Shown here: in pieces, positions 36,699 to 49,040 of the stretch
Numbering within the stretch: position 1 is the first letter of the stretch
How the letters are laid out: every line of letters starts with the position of its first letter
Origin: Eutreptiella sp. 'Long Island Sound 2002'
Taxonomy: Eukaryota; Protista; Euglenida
DNA: 64,000 bases
Assembly: GCA_964036045.1 (NCBI GenBank)
Contig: OZ038379.1
Location: 27,032,001 to 27,096,000 of the forward strand
Direction of reading: 5' to 3'
Position numbers and translations under genes: made by a program
Notes under the pieces: model-generated
Databases searched by the model: none
What the model was told of the DNA's origin: nothing
Seen by the model: the letters and a program-made list of their open reading frames with translations, nothing else

Positions 36699-38663
36699 GT
36701 ATGTGCAGATGGCCTTGCCAGTGTGTTTTCTTATGTGCCACGTGGACCAACTTGCACTCCGCCCCCCAAAACCGATGGGAACCGACTTGCAGACCGCCTA
36801 TCCCCCTCAGGCAATGTGCCTTTGGGCCGGGGCATGCGGGGGGAGGGGGGGGGGGGGGGGGCGAAACGACAGACAGGATGTGTTGGGGACAGGGGATCCC
36901 TTTCGCCTCGTGACACAGTCCAATTTGGAGACTGCCCATCATTGGTCGCAGTGCAGAGACGTGGAACTACAACGCTGGCTCATAGGAGCAGGCGGACGAG
37001 GTGGTGTCACCCGGTGCAAGAGCAACAATAACGACGCGGTTGCGGACCGATGGCAGTATTGGCCACAGCCCCACTGCGCCCCAGGGGACCGTTCATGCGT
37101 TCTGCAGGACATCACCTTAAAAAACAATGCACATTTGGGCACGCTGGGCGCGGGGCGTGCCCTCTCGTGCTGTAGTTCCCTTGCGGGTGGTAGATTGTCC
37201 GACAAAATTTCAACCCCCTGCCGGCGCCCCTGAAGGCCCTGCACGACCGATTCCAAAGGAAAATCGCTCGTGTAGCAAGACATATTCGCACCGCACCATC
37301 CACCCGTTTTACATCGTTTACAATGAAAATCGCTGTTCTGATGGTCTACTGAGCGAAGGTGGGCACACTGTAAACCTTGCAGAGCAATGCAAAATCGCTC
37401 GCTTGCGAATCCCCCAACTTGTAGGCCACCTGCGCATTTGCACCGGTGCGGCTCGTGACATGTCACTCTTTTTGTTTGGCCATGCTTCTTCAATGCGAGG
37501 CCCATTCCCCAACCGTCCGCATCCCTCCCAAATCCCCCGCTTTGGATCTGTCGCATGCAATGACAACACACACTCCTCCGCGTTGCCTGAAACATCACCG
37601 CCCGTGCACCAGCCCCCATCCCCAGCAGCTCAAAATCATCCACAAACGGAGAACTGTGTCACGGCATTCTCTGGCCTACCAATACCGGGGCCTTTGCGCA
37701 AGACACGTGTTTCCGGAATGCCAAACCAGACGACAAACAGGCGAAGAAATATTACGATAAGCACAAAATCGACCCTCCATCCCCCAGTGGAACAGGAGAA
37801 ATTGGTGTTCACATGGGCAGGAAATAAACCGCATCCTTGAACACAGCGCTGAATACGGCTTCAGATGGAGTGAGTGGGGAAAACATACACATTTGAAGTG
37901 AGAACAGGCGACAGAGGTCGTGCAGAGCATCAGAAAAGCAAGCACAAGGCTGCGGATCTTTGTGAACTTGTTCATACCCCAGAGCAACAGAAGACTACAG
38001 CATCGGCCAGCGATGCTGTGCAAAGGGCAAAGGGGCGGCAGACAACGGGATGCACCATGTAGACTGAATCCGCACTGCATGGTGCCCTGCAGACCCTGCA
38101 GCACCGGATGCATCACGGTGCGCCACAGACCTGCCACAATCCACGGGAGGTCCCACACTCGCATATTGGAAATCTCTGGTAGCCTCGTGGTCTGAGCTTT
38201 GACTGACGGCGGAACGAGGCAGGAAGGGAGAACAGATCCGACGCGTGGAACTGCACCGTTGCTGCACTCAATGAAAAACGCGGGCTAGTGCCCATGGGGG
38301 CCACGACCTACTCCCAACTTGGTTATCAGCCACACCCATACATCCAGACGGTCCTCCACGATGATTGATTGCCGCGGGAGTCACTCTCGTGGCAGCTCCA
38401 GCCTGTCCAACGACTTGTACCAGATGGCATGATTATCTGCTTCTTGGCGACCAGGCCTCAGTTGTGCGACACAGTGCGAGTGTGTTTTTAGATGACATCC
38501 TGTGACCGTTGTGGGTGCGGGTCCCTCAGGTGTGCCCGTGTGACATCCCTCCAATCACTGGACGGCACAGCTCAGCTGCGTGTGTGCCGCACTGAGTAGG
38601 ATCTGCACACATTACCGGAGTCAGCCGCACTCGGCCGGGCCTGGGTGCGGCTGCGAAGTCAGC

Positions 38664-39125
38664 TCAGAGTACCACAGGGTCCATCCCGAGCTCTCCGAAC
38701 AGCAGCTCATCAAAGGCCCTCAGCGGGTCCACGAACATAAAGCGCGTCTCCTCCCAGGATGCGCCCACACGCTGCAGACTCTGCAGCCGTTCCACAACCC
38801 CATAGTACAGCCTCTCCTCCTGCTCGAGTCCCGCCTCTGGCCCCTGCGCCAGCACCACCACTGTGCACTCCAACGCTGGCCATTGCACCTGTATGGTGTC
38901 GCGCAGCTCACGCGCTTGCGCCAGCGTGTCCCTGGGGCCCTTACGCAAAAAAATGACACGGCCTTCCGGAGGCAGACTGTCCATCCGCTCCAGCCACTGC
39001 AGGATCCGCTGAGTGTACTTGGGAACCAAGTCCTCCAGGGCATCATGGGGGAAATGCAGCTCCGGGGCGGCGGGGATCGGGCTCTGGGGGCGTGCCGGAT
39101 GTGCGTGGGGCTCCGCCTGATTGAC
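38664..39125 (-). CDS. Terminal exon of DUF1796 (putative papain-like peptidase) protein
   Basis: Acceptor TTTTTTTTGGCCTTCTCTCGCAG|. HFPHD...KYTQRILQWL...RVIFLRK...ARELRDTI matches the DUF1796 C-half (HDF..KY.RRI.R...LFIR). Ends in TGA. Confidence 0.75.
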   Translation of the reverse strand, partial: VNQAEPHAHPARPQSPIPAAPELHFPHDALEDLVPKYTQRILQWLERMDSLPPEGRVIFLRKGPRDTLAQARELRDTIQVQWPALECTVVVLAQGPEAGLEQEERLYYGVVERLQSLQRVGASWEETRFMFVDPLRAFDELLFGELGMDPVVL

Positions 39126-39919
39126 CTGCGAGAGAAGGCCAAAAAAAACACGGGACATGCGGATCTGCACAAACTCTGGCGAGAGGGCCGACTTCAAATC
39201 CCAGACACTACCTTTGGTGGGCATTGTAGGGGGGCCGAGATTGACGAGGGTGTGTCAATATCTGTAACCACTTCAGTATTCAAGACTGTGCGCATCGCGT
39301 GCGATGACGTGGGTTCAATCTGGGCTGGGGGGCAGAGGCTCCGAAAGCAGCCCCCCCCCCCCCCCCACCCAACGGGAGGTCCGCCGGGAGGTCCCCCTGC
39401 AGCGGCAAAACTCTTCTTCCGAGTGTTTACTCCGATTTTTGGGCGCCTTTGGGAATGCACAAGTCTGCTTGCGGCATCTCACGAGTTGGCTGAAGATGGA
39501 GACGGGGTGGGGCACGTAGCATTTTGAAGGGGAGCAGTCGGCAGGGGTCTATGGTGTGAGCAGCACCAGGATATCGGCAGATGAAAGCACACCAGGACCG
39601 CGCCCGCAACCCCCTGTCGGTCAAGCCCTCCGACCTCGCAAACAGCATCGGCAATCCCTTGCAACACGAAGCAAGGTCTATGTAACTAAACGGAATGGTC
39701 ACGCGTTTGTCAGATAATGTTCCACAACATACCTTGGTATTCGCCCACATTTGCCATCTACGCCATTCCTTGGTGGAGATGTGGCGCCCGGCTGTTGTTC
39801 GCATGTGGCAGTGGGTCTGGCACTTCTGGATTCTGCCCCCCCATCCCCCTCACCTCCTACACAACCAATGAACCAGCCCCCTGCTGCCTCATCCACGGTC
39901 CCGTGCGCTCCTCACAGAC

Positions 39920-40037
39920 CTGCTCAAGGAGGGCACTCCCTCGAGTACGAATCACCTGACAAACGAACGACAGGTCCATCGCAGTGACCCAAGCCAAAGG
40001 CGATGTGGCCCAGCCCTTGTACAAACTGCGCAGATAC
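39920..40037 (-). CDS. Middle exon of DUF1796 protein
   Basis: Acceptor TCATTAG| in phase 2 completes TGG with the upstream exon. YLRSLYKGWATSPLAWVTAMDLSFVCQVIR matches the LR..GL...S.PFDW region. Donor CAG|GTCTGT in phase 0 matches the terminal exon. Confidence 0.75.
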
Positions 40038-40599
40038 CTAATGACATGACCATGAGGCTTAGCGAGACTTGTAAAGCCAGGGTTGGGAAGAGGGATGTGC
40101 TCTTCTGCAAGTGCACGACACGTTTCTTGGTGTATGGGTGTGTGGATGTGTAGGGGCTGGGGGGGATAGGGCTTCATTGTTGTTCCAAGAGGATATCCAC
40201 TGTGGACCCGGTTTTCAGCACCCACTTGCAGAAAAGTGCACATGCACCTGCACGCACGCACGCACGCACACAGGGTGCTCCTACAACACACCACCAGCTT
40301 TGGGGGAAATCCGTGTGTTGCGCACAGGCAGTATGCTACTTTCAAGCCATAAAGCCTCCAAATTGACCCCCTTCCAACCATGCCCCCAAACTAGCCTGTG
40401 AGGAACCCAATTGTGACTTCTTGTTCCATACCTTCCCTGAGGCTAAAAGAACATGCAACATGGACGACAGAGGAAGCATTTTGTGCATCACTTGTGCTAA
40501 AATGTACATTCATATGTACGTAAACGCTTCGACGAATGGTATGAAATTATTCAAGAAACGTGTTTCTGTCACACATGAGTGAATGAATTAACACAATCC

Positions 40600-42350
40600 A
40601 TATAACTGAGAGGGTAAAATCATACAACAAAGGGCAAACATCTTTGAGCGGTCTTGGACGACCACATGACTACTTTGTCCCACTATTGGCATCGACTACA
40701 AGTCATTGGTTTGACCAGATGGTCAAATAGCTAGGCTGCACATGCTATGCCATAGAACCCCCTTGACGGCGGCCACACAGCAGCTACAACTTCCAACTGA
40801 GGCCCACACCGGCTCCAATTGGCAGATAGAGCTTGAGAGGGGGGCTGCTAATGTGTTAAGGTGTTGTTGGGCACTTTGCGCGAAGCGCAACTCCACAAAA
40901 GATTGTCCATTTCTAGCCTTGGTCATCTACCCTTTTAGAACGTTCAAATACCTCCTCCATTGGGCACACGGGGCACAGGAATTGGCTTATAGACCCTTTG
41001 GCTTGTTCCAATTAACACCACTCAAAGCAACAAATCATGCCATGCCCCCCAAATTATCGCCGCAGTTTCAGACATGTGTGGCCAAAGGTTCACTGCTACA
41101 TTCCATCTCATTCAAGAGTGCAATTTCCATATAATGTCCTCACTGGGAGGACGCATGCTGCACACACAATGCAACACCCCTTGCAACACCCCCATATATG
41201 CATGTGATTGGATTGGTCTTGACAACCCACCACTAGAGTTAAAATACTGTGGCGCACCTGGAGCATTCCCTACCCTATTGGTGGTTTCATCGGTGAGTGT
41301 GGCTAATTTTGTGGTGTACATTAAGTAGAATCTCTGGGTGGCGTGCACAATAGGCTTCTTCTTGGATACTCGTGGGGTATCAAACCATACGATGTTTGGG
41401 CACAAGTAGCACTGAAACTGCTGCATGGTAGAGGTCCCTATATTGTAGGGTCACAAATAGAGTACTTTCCTCACATGGACTGTCATCGGTAAGGAGAGCG
41501 CCTACTGTGCGCCGCAGGGTAAGGGTAGTTAGCTTGAGTGTACACCGTCCAACAAATATATACACCGGAACAAAAAAATTTCCGTGCAAGTTGATCTGTT
41601 GACACCATCACCCTCTACAGAGGAGAGACTACAGCACTACCACATCGAGCCGGGGCTGGGCTCGAGGGCGGGAGCACTTTGCAAATGTGCAAATGTCCAA
41701 GATGTGGGAGGCCTTGGCCCCTGAAAAGGCGCATGCACGGTGGGTGAACGTGTGGTGTGTTCTTGCATTGTTGAGAACATATTGCCCTGCTGAAGCTGCC
41801 GTAGAGCGTGCCATGTCATTGCGTGGGAGATTCTGCAGTAGTATGCAAGACATTGTGGAGACACATGTCCTTAGCATGTGCATGGCATTGCATTCCAACT
41901 TGCCCCCTTTACGGCAATGGGCAAAGGGACAAGGCGTTGCAGTGGCACGCCACCTGGCTGCCTGTGCACGTTTCGATCTACGCCCAAGACAGAGGGTTTC
42001 ACAGAAGGTAAATGCACGAGAATCTGTGGAAGGTACGATGCTTCAATGTCTGCAAGGTAATGAAGCAGTGGCTGATGATGGTGACATCCTGCCCTTCTTT
42101 GGAGGGCCGGGTACACCACTGACCTCAACGGCACCCTCAAGAAAGGGCACATAACGGCACAGGGCAGATGTGGTCACCGTTGTTGCACCACATGGTACCC
42201 CTGACTCGCATGCTTGCAATCATGACTTCATCACCTTTCGTAGAGGTATGCAGTGCGCCACATGCAAGCAGGTGGTTCGCATCTGGTGCAACACATGTCT
42301 GCCTGATCTAGCGCTCAAAGCACTCTTACACGCCACCATAGGTTTCGTTT
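40600..42350 (+). mobile_element. Degenerate hAT-like transposase remnant with C-terminal Cys-rich domain
   Basis: LTRWSNS at ~40714 (hAT TRW motif). LALLRTYCPAEAAVERAMSL...LHSN at 41687-41900 resembles the hAT dimerisation domain. Multiple stops; lies inside the DUF1796 gene intron. Confidence 0.55.
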
Positions 42351-43182
42351 AGCTTAGTTAAGCAAATTACCTCCAAAGCCCACAAAACCCATTGTTCCAT
42401 AGACCCATTTTGGGGTCTGTAGAGGGGGGTCCCCCCCACCACCCTTGGGGTCGGGTCCTGGCTAGCAAACATGCCCGTGCATGCTACCTAACCCTTGCAG
42501 GGACGAGGCACATAGCTCACATATGCCCCCGTGTCACAAGCATATGGTCATCGCCACAAACCTCAGTTCATTGTTTGACCCCATCGCCTCCACGGGAGGC
42601 TCCCACGGACCTAGCCTCCAACCCGAAGAGCACTGTGACACGTGTGCTCGGTGCATTTCAGGTATGCTCCTTCCTCGTGCTGTGTCTTCCTTTGTCTGCG
42701 AGGGGGGGGGTTCAAATTTTTAGGTGTAAAAATAAAGTGGCCAACGGGAGGGAGATATCTATGGACCGTGTCGCCAAACCAACCCACTATGAGCCCCTCG
42801 GGGTTCGAACCTACCCCCAGGCAATCCAAGGCTGGGTGCCCGCCCACTATAGTGCCACGACGATGTGTCCATTATTTGTGCATTTGTCCTCCTACCTTCA
42901 AGGTGTCTTGTTAGAATGTTCGCGACGTTCGGGGCTTCCCGACCATCCTTGGGGTTCGAACCCCCGACTTGAGGACTGGCGTTGGGTGTTGTGCTACTGT
43001 GCTACGTCTCTATGTCTGGGGAGGGGGGCATGGGGGGAGTAGGGGGCGACTCTTGTCGGTTTCTGTATTCTTGGCCACTGACTTCTGTGGAGAAGTCCGA
43101 CCCAGATCCCTCCGTGGGGAGTGGGCCTTGCATCACATCACTCTTGGTACCTATGGCAGGTGGGGGGGGGGGGGGGCGGTAA

Positions 43183-43255
43183 AACGGAAAATGAAAAATG
43201 TGGGAAAATGCGGAAAAAATGCGGGAAAATGCAGGAAAATGCGGCGAAAAAAAGG
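43183..43255 (+). repeat. (GGAAAATGC)n minisatellite
   Basis: Same family as 17418-17590 and 44137-44180. Confidence 0.8.
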
Positions 43256-43539
43256 CGATGACCCGAACCTGTTGCATTGCATGTGGTTTTTCAGCAACAC
43301 AGCTTCCCAGTGACCAGGATCTTGGTCCCAGGCCCCAAACACATTGATGGGAAATTTGTTTTTTAATGCACAAACAACACGTGCCACAAGAAGACAAATG
43401 CACACAGGCCTCCGATCAAAACATTGCTGGATTTCAAACATGGACCTGCAAGCGATGCAAGTCTGGTGCCAGGAGAGTGTCAGGAAGTTTCAGGGGTGTC
43501 AGGAGAGGGTCAAGAAGTGTTTTAAACCAAACGATCCTC

Positions 43540-44040
43540 AATATCACCCTCGTACTAAGCCATAAACCGCATGCGCCGGATGTTGTCTGAGAGTGCATTA
43601 TGAGCTGCAGTCACGGTGCCTATCATGGGAAAAAAGCGGTCCACGGCACCACTTGAAGGGGGGGTGAGGATCAAAAAGAGGACAGCTTCACGAAATTCTG
43701 ACTCAAGACTCCCCTCCCACCATTCCACAAATGCCTCACCATTGGCAATATCACGCTGCTCTGTACGCGTATAGATGTTCATTCCTCTTGCACATTGGGA
43801 ATGTTTTCCAATCCTAATAAAGGGTAATCTGCCAAGCTTTTGCTCATATCACGCAGATTGGCTGGGTTTAATACCCTCACCTACCTGAAGAACTCCAATT
43901 GCAATCCCTCCTTAACAAGCCGCTCATCCAGGGCCGTTGCCATTTCCTGCACAATAGAAAGCAATCGGGTGCGCAGATTGTCCCCATTTTTCAGGACCCT
44001 TAAACTGTCCTCAATCCTTGGAGACACTCATACACAGGGA
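43540..44040 (-). mobile_element. Second hAT transposase remnant (C-terminal dimerisation domain)
   Basis: FVEWWEGSLESEFREAVLFLILTPPSSGAVDRFFPMI...NALSDNIRRMRFM matches WW....A..LL..P.SSA..ER.FS. In-frame upstream sequence contains stops. Confidence 0.7.
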
Positions 44041-45292
44041 AATTGAATACTACCAGTCAGAGAGTGGATGGAACCAGTAAACAAGTACAAACGTACAATG
44101 CATCTCCTCTTTGGTAAGCAAAGACCCGGAAGAGGGGAAAATGCGGGGGGAAATGCGGAAAAAATGCGGAAAAATGCGGATCACTTTTATCCCCCCCCCC
44201 TGCTTATGGATCGCGTCCAAGTGAAGCGTGGGAGTGGGAAGCTTGGGCCAGACTAGGCTACCCCCATTTCCCTAGCAAGGGGGCGGGGGTTGGTGCGCCT
44301 CCTTTTGTTGTTCTTACTGGCGATGGTCCTCTTTCTATGGTCCTCTTTCTTCCTCTTTCTGCTGCTGACATCGGTACTGTAATCGGCTCCCTCAGCCCAT
44401 CCATACGGGTTACTGTTATCAGAGCTCGAAGTATCACAGTGGAGTAAGCCTCTCACTGTGGCTTCATGTTCCTGGGATGCCCCCTCTTTTGGCTCACTCA
44501 TTTCAACCAAACGCAGCGACAGCCATATGGCCCCCGGGTGGTCGTTTGGTGAGCTGTCTGTGCTGTCCTCCACCCCAATCACAGTGGTATCTTGTACCGT
44601 ATTTTTTTTCCGGGGGTGGGGTCGCTGCAAGGCAGGGCGATTGTTCATGGGTTGTTTGTGTTTCATCTATCAGTCGTGAAAAAGCTGTACGTGGCAACGC
44701 CCACAGTGTGCTCAGACACATTCCTTCCACTGCCAGTCTGTGCGCTGTGTTATTTCCCTCTAACCAGAATTTGAACAAAAAACACAAAGTTTATGGGGCT
44801 TTAGCTGAAGTCACAAAACACACACTTGTAGATGAGGTCCGCCTTCTTATCTTTGTAGGTGGGTTGTGCTGAGGGAGGATTGTGCTTGCACATGTTGCGA
44901 AGCACGTCCGTGGTCTTCGTATCCAACTCTTCAATCAATTTTTTGTCATACTGCAATTTACCAGAGGCATCTTTGGGGTATTGCTCTGGAACAAAATTTC
45001 CTTGCCACGGATCACCACCTTTGGACAGACCTCATCTACAGAAGGCGGCTTGTCAACCACAAGCCGGTCACCCAACGTGAATGCCAATACAATGCATGCC
45101 AGTGTGGCAGTAAATTGCACTCTCTAGTTGCGCAATGATACACATATCTCTGAGGGACACAGAACGGAAGCATGCACGGCACATTGATAAACTCCACATT
45201 CAGGGCACGTAATGTGGACTGTGTCGTCACAAAAAAAGCACGACGAACAGCTGGGTGAACAATAGGGCCTAGCATACATCCGTGCCAAGGCC

Positions 45293-45482
45293 CAAAGCGT
45301 GGATTGCGAGTCCCTAACCCAACTCAAGGGGCCACGCAACAAAGCGTGGATTGCGAGTCCCTAACCCCAACTCAAGGGGCCACGCTACAAAGCGTGGATT
45401 GCGAGTCCCTAACCCAACTCAAGGGGCCACACAACAAAGCGTGGATTGTGAGTCCCTAACCCCAACTCAAGGGGCCACGCAA
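45293..45482 (+). repeat. Tandem repeat, four units alternating 47/48 bp
   Basis: Unit CAAAGCGTGGATTGCGAGTCCCTAACCC(C)AACTCAAGGGGCCACGCAA with no unique spacers. Followed by a 29-bp tandem duplication at ~45499-45557. Confidence 0.95.
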
Positions 45483-45688
45483 CAAAACTAAGTTTTACCA
45501 CAGACCCTGCATTCTCGGGGGTCCCCGGACAGACCCTGCATTCTCGGGGGTCCCCGAACAGGGGTTCAAAAAGGGCCCTAACCAAGCCGGTGGAAAAAAG
45601 CCCCTCAGAGCGGGGGACAAGATCAGAAGTGGCCAACAAGTGGCCCAAAAGTTCTAAAGCCTAGTTCTTTTGTTTTAGGAGGTTCTAA

Positions 45689-45805
45689 AACCTAGTAAAA
45701 AAAATTTTTTTACTAGGTTGTGAAACCTAGTAAACCTAGTAAAAACTAGTGAACCGAGTAAATTGTTACCTAGTAAAAAAATTTTCAAAAAACTTTTACT
45801 AGGTT
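45689..45805. repeat. Cluster of (A)CCTAGT(AAAA) motifs forming palindromes
   Basis: AACCTAGTA8-T7ACTAGGTT at 45689-45719, further CTAGT units, and a second inverted pair at ~45768-45805. Confidence 0.85.
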
Positions 45806-46314
45806 TTACTACAGACCCTCCCCAAATTGCGCGCCATAGGTGCCGCAAGCGCCGCAAGATAAGCACCCCCAAAGGGGGGGAGCAATTAGTTCCACATGGG
45901 TAAAGGGGCGACAGGAAATTGTGTGTTGCAACCTTCAACACAAAAGTGCAAGCCAATGAAAAGCAAGAATGAAGGCAAAAGCGGAGGTCTAGCATGTGTG
46001 TGGATTGCTCACAATATGTTGTCGACATGTAAACCGAGGCTTAGAATGACACAGGGAGCATCAACCTGCATACTTTTGCCAGGGAAAACTTCGCCACATT
46101 TCGTAACAGCAAAATTGTCCCCATAGCACCCCCTTTACCGCACCTTAGTGTCAAGGCTCCTGCACACGACATGCACACACCCTGCCTCCTCCCAATGACA
46201 CCCGTTTTGCCATGTCAACCACCTCGAACTACTTCCATGAGTTCAATGTACACAATTCTTTCCGACTCAGTGGATGATGTCAGAGGGCTGAGGGACGGGA
46301 CACGCAACACCTAC

Positions 46315-46936
46315 CACTGCACACTGCAATCGCCTCCAAGCCCAATCACTTGCAGCAGCCGCCCCTCCGCTGTGGGGGGGGCCTCCACCCGCGTCATGGG
46401 ACAAATGTGCAGGTGCTGCTCCAGACCACACGTGTCGCCCTGGTACAATATGAGCTCTTCCCCCGAGGCCGTCAAGGCCATGGACAAGTACGTCCCACCA
46501 TCGGAACGCAGCGCCACAAGCGGTCCCGGGGCTGCAGGCGGGTCCCAACCGGGGCCCCCAGTCCCGGAGATGGCCCCCACCGCGTCGACTGCGGGGACTG
46601 CCCTCTCGGGGTCCGTGGCTGCAAGCACTGCGGTGAAGCCGGCGGCCTCAGGACTGGGCAGCGGAAGCACCGGGTGGCGCAGGTGCCCATCTGCACAGAG
46701 GCACGCCCCTGTGTGGGTCACCAGCTCCATGGCGCTGCCGTCCTCCCGCTCTCGGACGGTGAACAGCACGAAGGCGGACTGGCGGTGCCACGCGCCGTCC
46801 GCGGGGACGTGTGTGCGCACCGCACGGGCGTAGGCGCCGTGGCAGGGCCAATACAGCGCCACCAGCGTGCCATCGGGGGGCAGGAGGGGCCGTTGGGCGG
46901 CCGTTACTGGAACCGTCGGGCCGTTGCAGCAAAGGC
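46315..46936 (-). CDS. Exon encoding fascin-like beta-trefoil repeats and the N-terminus of DUF1796
   Basis: Repeats TLVALYWPCHGAYARA, MELVTHTGACLCAD and LVALRSDGGTYLSMA resemble the fascin VAL(R/K)S..G.YL motif. Ends LQVIGLGGDCSVQ-W (DUF1796 SLGxxC) at donor TG|GTAGGT. The 5' boundary is tentative; the frame is open to ~47066. Confidence 0.7.
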
Positions 46937-48890
46937 CTGTGGGTGCGCCACAGGCGGCGGGGGCTTGGGATTCGGAGGCGTGGCCCGGGGCATCAGCATC
47001 ATCTCCTTGACACATGAATTGGAAGGTGCAGGCCCGCCCAGCAGCAGTCACGCAGCAGTAGGCTCAGGAGGCGGCGCCGCTGGAGGAGCACAATCACATC
47101 GGCAAGAGAGGGGCCTGCTGAGGAGCAGGGCACGACGATATGGCGATGGGGCAGGGAGGCAGACTCGGGTCATGGTCACGCCACCGACCACCCACTTGAG
47201 AAGGCTTTCCTCGTTGGGCAATCAAATTGACTGAATGGGCCAGAAATTCGAGGCACTTTTTCAGTACAGAAACTTCTGCCTGGGCTGTGGCAAAATGTAA
47301 GGCGGGGCAGCTGCTGTGCAGGTGCATACAGTGTGTGCTCTTAAGCTCACGGATCAGGCAGCGAACTCGAAGTATCGCTTCCTGGACGAGGGATAGGTCT
47401 TCACTACCAGTCAAAGATCATCGGCGTCGACGGCACATGGCGTGTATGCCTCACCATGTGTGCCTGTTCCATGTAGGCACCAGAGTTGCCTTAATTACTT
47501 TAATTACTTTCGACAAGACTAAGACTGTCTGTATGGCGTATGCTGGGGGAGTGCACAAGCTTTGACATGAACGCTGGCGGGCGGAATGCAAAACGAGTGC
47601 GCCGGCAAAAGGGTGTTTATAATCCGCACAGTCCCATACATACTACCTAATTGGATTCTTGTTGAAGCACCAGCTCGATCACTCAGAGTCCTCGCCTCTG
47701 AAGCATGGGTGGATGGGAGGAGGGAGCGGGACCAAAAAGGAGGGGAAGGGGGTCTGGGGCAAATCACATCCCATTATGGAAAATTGGTGGGAGTGTCAAA
47801 ATCAATATGGAAGGGGAGGGATTGGATTGCAGGAGACACGTGGCTACATTTGAGGGAGACTTTGGGGCTCCTCTAATCACCAACTACCCCCTTTTGTGTC
47901 GCGGGGGTCCGGCGACATGTGTGCATGTGTACAACAGTTGTATCGCGGATGCCGCACGTTGGTGCTTCTGGGCCATGCCAGGCCAAGCCCCGATAGGGAG
48001 AGGTTGTCCCACAAGTGTGAACGTGGGGTGACTGTTGCCGACCCCTTCGCCCGGCGTCAAATCCCGTTCCCAAACTGCCCTGCCCCCTTTTGGAGGCTGG
48101 TGCGGAGGCCCGCATACCACTCCAGTTGCACTCTCCCCTTCCCCTCGGTTTCAGCGTTCGACTCCTAACGAGTCCTAACGATTGTACATAACACAAGAAA
48201 ACGAAGATGAATGGCGTCTCAAACCACCAAAAGACACATGCAAATCAGCCAGGGTGACTTTCTCCACCAGCATCATTCGCCACCCCGTCAAAATAAATAC
48301 CTGTAAATCCAAGTAGAAGTAATGTTTTCAAATAAAATTTTTCACTTGCATTGGATCCAAACACAAAAAACAATAGTTGCCAAATTTTGAGCTTCATGCG
48401 AAAGAAAAAAATCTAGTTGAAATAGCTTGAATGGCACAGGAACCAAACAAACAAAAATACTTGAAACAATGTGAGCTGCAGGTGAATTAAACAAAGGGGG
48501 GGAACCAGTTGAACCATTTTGAACTGCATGGGTATCAATTAAAAAAAAACCTGCCTTGGAGATTTTTCCGTGCATGGGAACCAAACAAAAAATCAGTTTG
48601 TCAGAACGTTTTCACTTTTTGAATTTTTTTTTGCGGATGTCATTTTTGCGAATGGCATGCCGCTGAAAATTAAAATGTTTTGCGTTGTTGTTTTTTTTGC
48701 GGTAAAACAACAGCTTGTGCCGGGAATTAATTATTTTCGCAAATAATCAGCACTTGCACGGTGCTCCAAAACACGCACATGCAACATGTGAATAACGAAA
48801 ATCAGTGCATAATATGAAGCTGAACTGCGAACATGCAAATCTGCTGGCTGGCGTATTTTGAGGTGCGCCAAAGGCGCCAAAGGGAAGTGC

Positions 48891-49040
48891 CCCCCCCAGG
48901 GTGGTAGGGACCAGGGGTGGATATAGTGGGGGGGGGGTCCCCCCCCAGCTCCCCCCCCCATGAGATTACGATCCCCCGGGGTGGTAGGGACCAGGGGTGG
49001 ATATAGTGGGGGGGTCCCCCCCTCAGCTCCCCCCCCCCCC
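48891..49040 (+). repeat. Two ~70-bp direct repeats with G/C runs
   Basis: GGGTGGTAGGGACCAGGGGTGGATATAGTGGGGGG...CAGCTCCCCCC occurs twice. A partial inverted copy lies at ~49450-49470. Confidence 0.8.

Noticed and set aside
36939-37643. Kinase-like start (MDDFELLGMGAGARAV) of a 234-aa ORF
   Set aside because: No VAxK, HRD or DFG motifs follow; likely chance.
45293-45482. CRISPR-like array
   Set aside because: Units are contiguous and near-identical with no unique spacers, no cas genes are present, and the context is eukaryotic. It is a minisatellite.
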